DNA from: Octopus vulgaris
Taxonomy: Eukaryota
Direction of reading: 5' to 3'
Assembly: GCA_951406725.2 (NCBI GenBank)
Contig: OX597829.1
Coordinates: 47,554,001-47,618,000 of the forward strand
DNA: 64,000 bases
The notes below the pieces were generated by a model. That model searched no databases. It was given only the letters and a program-made list of their open reading frames with translations, and was not told where the DNA came from. A program made the position numbers and the translations under genes. Within the stretch, counting starts at the first letter, position 1; every line of letters starts with the position of its first letter. Shown one piece after another: positions 27,260-39,634 of the stretch.

Positions 27260-27520
27260 ATGGACAGGCTATCGATACCGTAGGGGAAGGTTATGAATCA
27301 GATAGAAAAGACGGGTTATAAGTACTTTGGGATTTTGGATATGGAGAAATTGATGGAGAAAGAAAGGACAGAAAAACTTAAGGTGGAGTACTTGTGCAGA
27401 CTGAGACTGATCCCTAACTTGAAATTAAATGGACGAAATAAGATTGAAGCTGTCAACACATGGGTGGTTTCACTCCTTAGATATAGAGGAGGGGTAATTG
27501 TATGGACAGTAGACAGTTGT
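27260..27520 (+). mobile_element. Dong/R4-type LINE RT C-terminal fragment
   Basis: GYKYFGIL..EYLCRLRLI..KLNGRNKIEAVNTWVVSLLRY..WT, typical of R4/Dong post-RT sequence; followed by (AAT)n. Confidence 0.75.
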
Positions 27521-27530
27521 TTTTTTTATA

Positions 27531-27565
<35 letters not shown>

Positions 27566-27612
27566 TCGACAAATACCCTACGGATGAGAACCCAGGTTCG
27601 AAATTTCACCAA

Positions 27613-27658
27613 GACACCTGATGAAGGCTGGAGAGTATATCAACCGAAACGTTGTGTT
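27613..27658 (+). ncRNA. Minimal type-I hammerhead ribozyme motif, canonical core
   Basis: GACAC-CTGATGA-a-GGCTG..CAACC-GAAAC-GTT-GTGTT; stem I closes; stem III AACGTT is palindromic with no loop (dimer-type). Confidence 0.65.
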
Positions 27659-28039
27659 AACAAACAAGATGAGGACAAATATCCGTCAAATGTAAGTAAT
27701 GTAAATAACGTAGTTTGTGATGTTTTCGTAACGTTGACTTTCATTCAGCATGGAGATTACACGATTTTTATAGCATATTCTGTCCATTTCTTCCATCGCA
27801 CTTCCTTTATCTACTTCCTTAATCGTTATATCTTCATTATTTTGAAGTTCTGTTAGTTCCTTCCATTGTGTAGTGCTAAACTTTGAGTTAATTGAGTAAC
27901 TGGAGATGACTCACTAGCCAAAAACAAAAGTGAACACATCCCCCACAAAGGAAGAAATAAAAATCTTGATGAATTTTGCTACCGCATAGAGAACTTTCCC
28001 TACCACACCAAAACTGAAGCAAGTACGGTTTTAGGTCAT

Positions 28040-29134
28040 CACCATTATTGAAAGTTTTACCATTCAAAGAGTTTTGAAAACTTCAAAATAAATAGTTATC
28101 CGATAGTGCAAGGTCAGGGCTATATGGTGGATGTAACACCACTTCCCAACCAATTTTATTGCTACCTAGCAATAAATTTTCACGAGTTAGCAAAGACGTG
28201 TGTGGTCTAGCATTGTCATGGATCTGCAAATTTTGGTCGTTTTTCTTTGATTATTTCCTCCAGTTTCATTAGTTGTTGACAGTAAACATCTGAATTGATC
28301 GTTTGGTTCCTTTGAAGCAGCTCAAAATACACAACACCTTTGTAATCCCACCAAACTTACAACATGACCTTTTTTATGCAATTCAGCTTTCGATGTGGTT
28401 TTCGCTGATTCATGACGCTTGGACCATGATCGTTTACGATTGATGTTCTTGTAGACAATCCAATTTTCGTCATCAGTGATGATTCGTTTAAAAAAAGGTC
28501 GATTTCATTGCGTTTGTGATGCATATCACAAATATTGATTCGTTGTGTTAAGTGAATCTCTTTCAATATATGTAGAACCCAAATATCGAGCTTCTTAACG
28601 AGTCTAAAATATTTTAAGTCATTTTCAGTTGTTTGCGACAACTGATTGCAGTTTCTGTTTGTTTGCAGAACCGCTGCAATCTAACCTCTATGCAATCTCT
28701 TGCACACTTACATGATTCAATTATGACTTTTGATTCGGTCATCATCAAATTCAGTAGGTCGATCAGAACGTTGGTCATCATCGAGTGAAAAATCTCCAGA
28801 ACGGAATTTTTAAAACCATTTCTGACATATGAGTTCTGTTAAGCAATCAACACCATAAACTTCACATATCTTTGTGAACCTCAGCAGCTTTCTCGCCTTT
28901 ACGGAAATAAAAAACAAACAAAACATGACAAAACATTCGTTTTTGCAGTTCGTGTTAAAATTGACACTGAACTAACAGTTGTAAACAAAATTACGCACAA
29001 TTTGCTTCTAAAGTAAGTTAAAAAATAACAGCTATCAAATGTCAAAAGGAAAAAGTCATAACATTGACAAAAGTCGTTCAAAAAATCGTAACTCTATTTG
29101 CGAAAAACGAAATTACTTTTTTACCAACCCAATA
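28040..29134 (-). mobile_element. Decayed mariner transposon (mellifera/cecropia-like)
   Basis: Minus-strand TIR TA-TTGGGTTGGTAAAAAAGTAATTTCGTTTT (Hsmar1-like); remnants KKLDIWVLHIL (WVPHEL) and VLHPPYSPDLALSDNYLF. Confidence 0.9.
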
Positions 29135-29343
29135 ACATTAATAAATAATAGAAATGATGAGCTATTGCATTGGTTATATTTTCTAACTTCTTTCTTCCTT
29201 TTTCCCTATCAAACTATGCATTTTCTAAATCAGCGAATCAGAGTGATTGTCGATAATGACGTCATCTGCAAACTGTGAAGTTTCTTCAGATTTTCTGATA
29301 ACTTTTGCATTGGTTGGTAGCAGAAGCAACTGGACATTTCACA

Positions 29344-29347
29344 ATGT
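29344..29347 (+). CDS. First coding exon portion (ATG+T) of divergent macrodomain gene; exon probably 29234-29347, mostly 5' UTR
   Basis: ACAATGT|GTAAGT: A at -3, strong donor, phase 1 matches the acceptor at 30691 giving MSIIEKYAF; ttttctaaatcAG acceptor at 29233. Confidence 0.55.
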
Positions 29348-29423
29348 GTAAGTTCATAAATATGGGTGGCCTATCTACCTAGCTATTTATTTATCCCTGT
29401 ATTTACTACCTGCCTATTGCATT

Positions 29424-29620
29424 GTTACCGCAAGAGGAACCATGCAGTTGCTACGGCAGTGCTTTGGAGAGAGATTAATCTCTCGCTACGGCAACGTCAA
29501 ATGGCCTTCACGTTCCCCTGACTTGATGAACCCGGATTTTTTTTTTTTTTGTGAGGATGCCTGTTAAAGAGGATTTACGTCAACAAACCGAAGATCCTGG
29601 TGCAACTGAAGGAGGACATT
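29424..29620 (+). mobile_element. Tc1/mariner-superfamily transposase remnant in intron 1 of the macrodomain gene
   Basis: [56 protein letters not shown] (WPPRSPDL..DFFLWG motif). Confidence 0.8.
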
Positions 29621-29753
29621 TATCCATTTATCTATATATCTATCTATCTATCCCTCTATCTGTCGGCTATCTATCCCTCTATCTGTCGATTATCTATCTA
29701 TCTATCTATCCATCTATCTATCCATCTATCTATCCATCTATCATCCATCCATA

Positions 29754-29815
<62 letters not shown>

Positions 29816-29891
29816 CCTACCTACTCTATCCATCCATCTATCTATCTATCCCTCTATCCCTCTATCTGTCGATCTATCTATCTATCTGTAG

Positions 29892-29929
<38 letters not shown>

Positions 29930-29990
29930 ATATCCATCTATCTATCCATCCATCCAAATATCTATCTATCTATCTATCCATCCATCCAAA

Positions 29991-30051
<61 letters not shown>

Positions 30052-30110
30052 GTCGATCTATCTATCAATCTATCTATCTATGCCTATCTCAGTAGATAGA
30101 CAGATAGATA
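29620..30110. repeat. (TATC)n/(CATC)n tetranucleotide array
   Basis: Direct reading. Confidence 0.95.
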
Positions 30111-30341
30111 AATAGGAAGATTACACGTTTTATTTAACAAGTCCAAGATATAGCTTGTGTTGTTTCCCAATGAATTCTAATGTATAACTATGCACACATG
30201 CATGCAAAACTGTCCATGCGCTTATATACATTGTATTTAAATGTATAAAGTTACACACATACGCCTATATTAAGCGTCTTTACCATGTGTAACTGCTCAC
30301 GCATTCACGGACATACATACATATTTATATAATTGCTTGTA

Positions 30342-30546
30342 GTATGGGTGTGCCGAAAAACCGAAAATGGCTGCCATTTAAGCGATGTCATTTTTCGTAT
30401 GTAATGCAGTGGTGCTGCAAAATTTGACTTATGCATATCAATTTTCGTTATGTTCTTTATATTGTAACAAATTTCATGCATTTATTTCTCAATTTAAGGA
30501 AGTTATTAGAAATTGAAATCCATCAGTGACTTTTGGGACACACTGT
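30342..30546. mobile_element. Degenerate Tc1-like MITE
   Basis: TATGGGTGTGCCGAAAA ... TTTTGGGACACACTGTA imperfect termini. Confidence 0.45.
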
Positions 30547-30690
30547 ATTTACAACTAGATGAACCATTAGAAATCAAAAGCAAAGCCTTTTATAGTATAA
30601 AACAACATTTGATGTACACTCAAACCAGCTGCCTTTTATTAGAAATTTATAATTTACTCTTTTTATCACTTTTTCTGGTTTGTTTTGCAG

Positions 30691-31089
30691 CAATCATTGA
30701 AAAGTATGCTTTTAAAGGCGTCGGCATTTTTCTCATATTTGGTGATCCGATATCAATGGTGGGTGACGTTCTTCTACTACCAGCAAACATTGATATCTTG
30801 AATCCAGAAGGAATTGCTTATGATATGATTCATATCGGAGGAGGATCCATAAAAGCAGAACTTCAGAAAGTAGATACGGAATCAATTGGTTATGGTTGTA
30901 TTGTATCCACTACTGCGGGTTTCTTATCGTACGAAAATATATTCCACCTAATCATTGTAGATTATCGAAATCGGAAGTGTGAAAACAACATTTTTGCATT
31001 GCAACAACTTGTAGATGTTAACGAATCTGCTTTTAAAATGACCGAGGAACTTTCATTAAATACGATTGTTTCACCAGTTATAGGTTTAG
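30691..31089 (+). CDS. Divergent macrodomain protein, exon with most of the Macro fold
   Basis: tttgttttgcAG / GTAAGT, phase 1->1; IFLIFGDPISMVGDVLLLPAN..EGIAYDMIHIGG..GCIVSTTAGFLSYENIFHL..LNTIVSPVIGL parallels the Macro consensus GDIT..DAIVNAAN..GGVA.AI..AGG..G....T.AG.L....VIH..SIAFPAIGTG. Confidence 0.85.
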
Positions 31090-31390
31090 GTAAGTTTCTT
31101 AAAGTTTTGTTAATACCCACTGGGCATGTAGCTGGTGCGCAACCGAGCAGCTTATCTAGATCTAAATGCGTCGACTACATAAGAACTATAGACAATACAA
31201 CAAGTAAAACACTTATTTTTCATTTCTTCTTTCTCTCAGTGAAGTTACGAAACAGCTTCTTGATAGAATAAAATAGAATGGAATCGGCACGGCACGGCTT
31301 ATTTCTTTTCCGGGAGGTAATTGGTTCGAATCCTTGTGTTATCTGATGAAAGATGCAACACGGAGGAAGATGTATTTTAAGAGATTGATA

Positions 31391-31609
31391 TATAGGGTGG
31401 CCCAAAAGTAGGTTTACAGTTATTTTACTTTCTGTTTCGCATTCATATATTAACAGTTTAGATCTTAATTATACAAAAAATACGAAACCATTATTCTATG
31501 CTAATTTAGTTCATTGTAAGATAGAAATTTAAATGTAATAAAATGTTTTAAAAGGAATTTAAAGTACCTACTTGATAACTGTAAACCTAATTTTTGGGGC
31601 CACCCTGTA
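31391..31609. mobile_element. Tc1/mariner MITE with ~31-bp TIRs and TA target sites
   Basis: TA-TAGGGTGGCCCAAAAGTAGGTTTACAGTTAT ... ATAACTGTAAACCTAATTTTTGGGGCCACCCTG-TA. Confidence 0.88.
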
Positions 31610-32209
31610 TGCTGGTTCAACAACTCATTTCTTATAACCGTCGAATAAAGTCGAGCGCCTTTTGGCCTTCCAAAAATTCAATACAGAATGGAATATATCC
31701 TGTCGATTTTTATATGTTAGCGAGGTGATAGATAAAAAATGGTGGGGGGGGGGGGGCGACCCCTGTTGTACTCTTTCGCCCTAACTTTCTCTCACTCTTT
31801 CTTCCTGTTTCTTGAGTAAAATAGAAATCCAGCTTGCTCATGAGGTTGACTTTCATCATTGGTTAGCAATTCACTTTGCTATCATCTTTGTGAATATCTT
31901 GCATTTGAGATTCTGTAGTATATTAGATCTTTTCTATTCTTCTTTTACTGTCCTAAAATTTATATTTCATTATGCTAACTTCACTTACTATTGACATGCT
32001 TGAGGCAAACGATGAAGAGCTTGACAATTTATCTTGATATAAACTCTTCTTCATCTTTTAAGACACTGGATATTTCATTGCTTCGTCCATTTTGTATTTG
32101 TTTAATATCTTTTATTTGTTTAATTGCATGTTCCACTTCAAATAATGTAATTTGTATTTTCAGTGATGTCTGCTGTAAAGTCGTTATTTCTGCCACTAAA
32201 AATATATAG

Positions 32210-32524
32210 CCTTTTTTTCCCGCCCTTTTCAAGTCTAGCCAGGCTAATGGGCCCGGTTTCCCGGTTTCTGTGGCGTATGTGTTTCCCCCCAGCTGGACGG
32301 GACGCCAGTCCATCGCAGCGTTACTCAAGAAACATGAAGAGAAATTGAGAGAAAGTTGTGGTGAAAGAGTACAACAGGGGGTCATCACCACCCCCTGTCG
32401 GAGCCTTGTGGAGCTTTTAGGTGTTTTCGCTCAATAAACACACAACGCCTGGTCTGGGAATCGAAACCGCAATCCTCCGACCGCGAGTCCGCTGCCCTAA
32501 CCACTGGGCCATTGCGTCGCCACT
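32210..32524 (-). mobile_element. tRNA-derived SINE, family D head with family C tail
   Basis: A box ATGGCCCAGTGG, B box GGTTTCGATTCCC; tail GCTGCGATGGACTGGCGTCCCGTCCAGCTGGGG shared with 16628. Confidence 0.8.
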
Positions 32525-33378
32525 ATATAACTTTTAGTAGAACTCTATTGTTGTTTGTACGTACCTATTTCTCCATTAAAAGGTGATCGTACCATCTTCT
32601 TTTAACGTTTTCATTTGTCTTCTTTTCATTTATATTTTTCACCAAATTAAACACCGTAGATGTTTACCATTTGCTGTTTTCTACTTTACACAGTTCTACA
32701 TTCTAGCTTCTCTAAAGCTGAATTTGTGGTCTTTTTCCCATTTCTTCATGAAATGCGGGATTTTATGAGTTAATATCGTCTTCACTGTAAACTTTCCTGC
32801 AGTGATCAATTGTTTTAATGAAAACTGTTACTAGATTATTATTTTAATTTTTCTGTGTCATCTTTGTGATTGCGTTTATTGTTGTCTTGCTCTTAGTTTA
32901 GAAAAGGTCTTTATAGATCTTAAAGAACCTGATTAGTTTAAGAAAAAAATTGTTTCTTTCGTTCCTTTTGCAAGTTGATTTTGAGCTTGCGTCTAACCAT
33001 TCTGCAATCTTTGTTTTTTACCTTATTAATTATTCATTTCTTCCGGAAGATGTCCTATGCTTCGTTCAAGCTTTCTCAGTTTGAATTTCTAGAGGTCCGT
33101 TTCTTAATTTTTTTTTTTTAGTTCTTGTTTATTTCTTCTTTTTTTTTTTAATGTTTCTTCTCTTTGAAGATATTTGCTATCCATAAGTGGCTCCTATGCC
33201 AAAAGATGATGCTTACATTTGTAACGATGGAAAAACCCGTGTTTCACTTTACTTCAGCTTCTAACGTCGCTAACGAAAACTTAGGCGTCACGAAAATCTC
33301 TTTACTCTTCCCTTTAAATCTACAATACTGATTACGATGCGCATTTATGAACTTTTCTTTATATATATACATATATAG

Positions 33379-33900
33379 AACAGGGATACTTACCTGGAAT
33401 GTGTGCTGAAGCCGTACTGCAAGGGTTAATCGAGTTTTCCAATGAATTTCCTAACAATCACTCCCTACAGAAACTCTATGTCTGCTCAACCGATCTCTAT
33501 ATCTTGCATATATTCGTTGAGACATTTAATAAATTGATATATCCAGACCCAACGCAATCAGCTTATAAACCGCAATTCAAAACCAAAAAGAGAAGAAGAT
33601 TATCGCAATCAACAGAGGCCGCAATAATTATTGTCTCAACACCAGAATTTATCGACATCAAAAAATCCCTCCAAACTACCACCACCGATGAATTCTATGT
33701 TATGTATCAATCTGAATACACCATTTACCTCAGTGATATTAAGAAGGAGAACGGACGGCAAGTGAAAGATGTCATATATATGCCTCCACCTCTAGTCTTG
33801 AGTGAAAAAGGCTATGACCATTTTGAGGACACTCTTCTCAGACAGTTGAGAAAGCTATTCCTGAATACATACCAACAAATTTCGATTATCATTGATCTCA
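33379..33900 (+). CDS. Divergent macrodomain protein, exon completing the Macro fold plus a C-terminal region
   Basis: AG at 33377-78 in phase 1; EQGYLPGMCAEAVLQGLIEFSNEFPNNHSLQKLYVCSTD..IFVETFNKL matches the final Macro helix-strand-helix; GTGAGT donor at 33901 (read-through would stop at 33911). Confidence 0.8.
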
Positions 33901-34016
33901 GTGAGTATTGATATTTCGCTATTCCACACGCATTCGTCTTAAATAAATAAAAAAAAAATATGAGTTGTTCTACATTGTCACGTGTATACGCACATACAAA
34001 CACATACATTCCCATG

Positions 34017-34102
<86 letters not shown>

Positions 34103-34111
34103 CCTACCTAC

Positions 34112-34189
<78 letters not shown>

Positions 34190-34341
34190 GTCTGTCTCTC
34201 TGTCTGTCTGTCTGTCTCTTTGTCTTTCTATCTGTCTGTATATATATACAAAATTTTTTTTTGTAGTTTCAGCTCAGAGCTGCGGCCATGCTGATGCACC
34301 GCCGTTTGTATAGATTAGATATGTATGTATGTATATGTATG

Positions 34342-34407
<66 letters not shown>

Positions 34408-34429
34408 CATACATACATACATACATACA

Positions 34430-34463
<34 letters not shown>

Positions 34464-35039
34464 CATATACATATGTATATCTATATATTATATATATTTA
34501 TATAGTTATGTATTTATTTAGCGGGCCGTTTACTCAATAATTTTTCTAAACTGCATTTTCACTATTCTTTTACAAGAATAGCGTTGAAAGTGATTTCGAA
34601 GTTTCGGCCAGTTTAACTCTTCTTCAGAACGAAACCTCGCAATCACACTCAGCACTGTTCATTTTAATTTTATATATTATCTTTTAGTTGTTATAGTCAT
34701 TGAACTGCAGCCTTGAAAAATTTCTTAGTCAAATGAATCAATCCAAGTATCTACGTTTGTAAACCTGGTACTTATTCTATCGGTCTCTTTTGCCAAACCT
34801 CTAATTTACGAGAACATAGATGCATTAATACCGGTCGTCAAGCGGTGGTGGGAGATCAACACAGACTCAAAGACAAACACACCCATACACACATAGATAT
34901 ACATACACACACACACATGCAGATAGGTATATACGAGTTTGTATGACTGTATATAGAAGAATGTATCAATAAAATTTTATCTGGTTTTCATGTTTTATTG
35001 TTTGCAATCTTTGAAATTTTAGAATTTTACAATTTTGAA

Positions 35040-35081
35040 ATAAACTAGTACTTTCATGTATTATGCAATCATCAGGTTTAT
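35040..35081 (-). ncRNA. Minimal hammerhead motif (left arm)
   Basis: Minus: ATAAAC-CTGATGA-ttgcataatacat-GAAAGTACTA-GTTTAT; stem II weak. Confidence 0.6.
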
Positions 35082-35151
35082 ATAGAGACAGCAGTTTTCT
35101 ACAGTTGACACAATCTGAGTCAACTACGTTGTGGAACACGGCCGTCACTGC

Positions 35152-35193
35152 ATAAACCTGATGATTGCGTAACAGATGAAAGTACTAGTTTAT
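35152..35193 (+). ncRNA. Minimal hammerhead motif (right arm)
   Basis: ATAAAC-CTGATGA-ttgcgtaacagat-GAAAGTACTA-GTTTAT; 6-bp stem I, palindromic stem III AGTACT, CUA cleavage triplet. Confidence 0.6.
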
Positions 35194-35447
35194 TTCAATA
35201 ATGTAAAATTGTAAATAATAAAACGTGAAAATCAGACTTAGTTGGAATTTCATTGATCAGTATATATGTGATAAATATCCTTAGTCCAAATATATGATAA
35301 ATATATATGATAAATATCCTTAGTTCAAATAAATTGTATGTGTAAAATTGAAAAATTGTAAGCGGGTTAATACCTCAATATATGTTTAAATATTGAAAAA
35401 TGTAAGAGGTTTAATATCTCAATGAATGTTTGTGAAAGAACAGTGTT

Positions 35448-36365
35448 ATAGAGAAGCAATGGGTCGGCGGGCGCTTTCTGACTTCTCCCATCCTAATCAT
35501 TCTCGTATCATTATCATTCATTTCATTAATGTCTTGCCCAGCCCGCCAAGCTATCTAATCTTTGTACTGTCTTTATGAGAAATTTGATGAAATAAAGTAG
35601 CTTGCTTACCTCATTGCGCATGAGCGAGCCAGAGTTGTGTTTGACACTGAAGCTGTAAGACGTGTTTTTGAAGTAGTCTTAAATTGAAGATTTTTGAAAC
35701 TCTGCTACAAGGTAAGATTTTTTGGGTGTAGTGGGGGACCTGTTGTTTACCGCAATTACTTTTTACAAACAAGAAGTCCTCACTGGATTCTAGTCTGCCT
35801 GAGGCTGAGTGAAAATTTTTTTCACTTAATTGTGAAAATTATTGGTTTGGTGGGCGTATCCTGCCGCAAAATTTTGTTTGAAAATAGTGCTTGCCCAAGA
35901 ATAACTCCGTGGGAATTTTTAGAAAAATTTCAACAATATTGTCCGGCATGGACGACGGTGGAGTACACGGACACAAGCGATGATGAGGTGGAAAATTGAC
36001 CAGAGGTTGAAAAGTTTCAGTGTTATAGTGTGTAAGAGGCTCAGCGCCTCATTTGTAAATGGACTAGTGTTGATTGTATACTGAATATTTTATTGTATGT
36101 TATTGTATGTTATTATTTGTAATGGACTATTAAGTCCAATAATTGTAAAAACTGTCGTGAGAGGTTCAATACCTCGTTTTGTTTTTTCCGTTGGAAAAAT
36201 AGAAGAATAATGTTTTAGGGAAGCAGAAAATCAGCGGACGTTCTTTGTCTTCTCCCATCAATATCATCCTTGTTTCATCATTCACCTCATCAATGTATAT
36301 GTCCAGCCCGCAAGCTACTCTTTGTAATGTCTTCATGGCAAATCTTAATGAAATAAAGTAGCTTG
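35448..36365 (+). repeat. Diverged ~155-bp direct repeats flanking ~600 bp of unique sequence
   Basis: 35448-35604 resembles 36216-36365 (cttctcccatc..ccagcccgc.aagcta..gaaataaagtagcttg). Confidence 0.6.
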
Positions 36366-36760
36366 TTTACCAACCACATGGTTCCGGGTTCAGTCCCACT
36401 GCAAGGCAGGTTGGACAAGTGTCTTCTACTATAGCCTCGAGCCGACCAAAGCCTTGTGAGTGGATTTGGTAGACGGAAACTGAAAGAAGCCCGTCGTATA
36501 TATGTATATATATATGCGTGTGTGTACGTATGTGTGTATATGTTTGTGTGTCTGTATTCCCCCCCCCCCCCACAACATCGCTTGACAACCGATGCTGATG
36601 TGTTTACGTCCTCGTAATTTAGAGGTTCGGCAAAAGGGACCGATAGAATACGTACTAGGCTTACAACGAATAAATCCTGGGGTCGATTTGCTCGACAAAA
36701 GGCGGTGCTCCAGCATGGCCACAGTCAAATGAGTGAAACAAGTAAAAGAGTAAAAGAGTA
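36356..36760 (+). mobile_element. SINE family A copy (5'-clipped)
   Basis: Colinear with 25803-26227. Confidence 0.8.
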
Positions 36761-37223
36761 TGTTTATACGTTAAGAAAAGTGTACAAAGGTGCGTGTTTG
36801 TTTATGTGTGTGTGAGTGTGTGAGTGAGAGGGATAAAGAGGGAGTGAGCGAAAGAAAGTGAGAGAGAGAGAGAGAGAGATTGTGTGTGTAAGTGTGTGTG
36901 GTTGTGTGTGAGCTTACTAGTGTGCATGTACGTGTGCGCCTTCTTCTGAGAGAATCATGGTAAATGGTTCTTCTACTGGATAATAAACATTGAGAAATAA
37001 CCGGTTTTACTCCCAATTCTTTACGTACACGCGCAGAAAGTTCAGGAGGAATCGTATACTCTTAATGATATGTGAAAACAAGCATGTGAATTTGTGTGTC
37101 CATATATATATATATATACATACATGCCTATATGCATATGTGTGTATGTCCACACATATATATAAATATACAAAGATACATATATGTACGCAAACATATA
37201 ATATATATATATGTATATATATT

Positions 37224-37288
<65 letters not shown>

Positions 37289-37361
37289 GATACATACATA
37301 TATAAATACATATACATATATAAATACATACATAAATATACATATACATATAAATATATAT

Positions 37362-37570
37362 AGGCGCGGGAGTGGCTGTGTGGTGAGTAGCTTGCTTACC
37401 AACCACATGGTTCCTAGTTCAGTTCCTCTGCGTGCCACCCGAGTGCAAGTGTCTTCTTCTACAGCCTCGGAACCGCCAAAACCCTATGTGTGGATTTGGT
37501 AGAAGGAAACTGAAAGAAGCCCGTCGTATATATATATATATATACATGCACACACGCACACACACACACG

Positions 37571-37651
<81 letters not shown>

Positions 37652-37875
37652 TTGAATGTATGTGTGTGTTTGTGTGTCTGTGGTTCTAGACCACAATCGC
37701 TTGACAACCGATGTTGGTGTGTTTACATCCCCATAACTTAGAGGTTCGGCAAAAGGGTTTGATAGAATAAGTACTAGACTTACAAAGAATAAGTTCTGGG
37801 GTCGATTTGTTCGACTAACGGCGGTGCTCCAGCATGGTCGCAGTCAAATGACTGAAACAAATAAAAGAATAAAAA
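37362..37875 (+). mobile_element. SINE family A copy with expanded internal (CA)n
   Basis: Full head and tail, colinear with 25803. Confidence 0.8.
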
Positions 37876-37974
37876 AATTATATATACTGTTGCGTCCGTG
37901 GGGGGAACTCATTCTCTTTTAGTGCCTCATTATTTAATATACGCACCGGTAAAATTTCCACTCACTTATTTGTT

Positions 37975-38017
37975 ATTCTAAAATTTTCGTTGCGTCTTGC
38001 AACCTTTTCAATAGTAT
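37975..38017 (-). ncRNA. Minimal hammerhead motif with U3-A8 core
   Basis: Minus: ATACTA-TTGAAAA-g-GTTGC-aagac-GCAAC-GAAA-ATTT-TAGAAT; perfect 5-bp stem II. Confidence 0.55.
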
Positions 38018-39433
38018 TTAACAACCCATTAATACTTTATGAAGGTATTTTGTTTAAGATCAAGAAACATTAACTGATTAATTGAAATATATTTTAAGAT
38101 AAATGATTTATGTTTACTAATTATCCGATCATTATACTTCCTGAAGGAAGATTCAGCCTACCTAATTACTATTAATTAAACGTACAGAAATATCTTATCT
38201 CATTTCATTGATACGTAATAGAAAAAGACTTTGTCCGTCATTCAAGCTGCGTTCTTTTTGTTTGTTTGTGCCCTTGTGTGGGGGATAGTCTGTCTGCGCA
38301 TATACATGTATGTATGTATGTATGTATGTATGTATGTATGTATGTATGTATGTATGTATGTATGTATGTATGTATGTATGTATGTATGTATGAATGTATG
38401 TATGTATGGGTGCACGCATGAATGTATGTATGTATGCATGTATGCATGCATGTAAGTGTGTATGCATGTATGTGCGTGTGTGTGTGCGTATGTATATATG
38501 TATGTATGTGTGTACGTTTGTATGTGTATATTCTGTTTATGTGTTTGTGTGTTCGTGTATGTGTGTTTTTATGTGTGTGTGTCTGTGTGTTTGCATGTCT
38601 GTATGTCTGTGTACCTCAGTCTCCTTATATGACCATGTCTGAGTGTGTGTGGGGTTGTGACTATATACTGCGTCAGTAAGTATAGATATGTACCTGTATA
38701 TGTGTTGACATGTGTCTCCATATATGTACTTGTGTGAAGAGTGTGTGTGTATGGTCATGTGTTTCAGTCTTCATTTGCGTATGTGTGTGTATGTTTGATA
38801 TTACCTATGTACCTATCCGTCTGTATGTCAATCTGTTTACTTTCATATCCATTTGCCTACATTCATGTGCATATACATATACATAAATGCACACACACAC
38901 ACACACACACACATACATCTACATAACAGCCCATTAAGTATTCTACTTGTATATAAATATAACTTGTGGTTATAGGGGTATGATGTCTGTAGAGGCCACA
39001 ATATATATAGATATACATCTATATGTATATATATAATTCTATACATGTACATCTATAAATTTACATGTACATATATACATATATATATATACACATATAA
39101 ACACATATCTACATGCATACATACATATATATACATGAATATATATATATACATATACATATAAATCTCTATATATACATACATATATATGTATACACAC
39201 GTATATAAATGCATTTATGCATGCATATATGTATAGTTATATATATACATAACTATATATGTATATACATAAGTATATATATCTATACATATACATATAT
39301 ATATACACATATATATATACACGTATATACATATAAATCTATATATTTATACGTGTGTATGTATATATATATATATATATTCATATGTACAACTACATAT
39401 ATACATATACATCTATTCATATACACATGTACA

Positions 39434-39515
<82 letters not shown>

Positions 39516-39592
39516 TACATATATATGTGCAGATATATATACACATATATACCTGCATGCATATATATATATATATGTATGTATATGTATAC

Positions 39593-39634
<42 letters not shown>

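Larger units (their letters stand above)
34965..35257. mobile_element. Fold-back (inverted pseudo-LTR-like) Penelope-type element with two hammerhead motifs
   Basis: ~140-bp imperfect inverted arms centred on AGTTGAC-acaatctga-GTCAACT; one hammerhead motif in each arm. Confidence 0.7.

Noticed and set aside
29256-29351. Upstream ATG ORF (MTSSANCEV...) as the macrodomain gene start
   Set aside because: It is phase 2 at the GTAAGT donor and so out of frame with exon 30691; at most a uORF
29447-29496. RFX X-box-like motifs (GTTGCTACGGCAGT, CGCTACGGCAAC)
   Set aside because: They lie within a transposase remnant and are imperfect; no independent support
30513-30690. N-terminal hydrophobic segment of the 252-aa ORF as a signal or TM helix
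   Set aside because: Intronic (MITE end plus pyrimidine tract) upstream of the 30690 acceptor; the ORF tail past 31089 is also intronic
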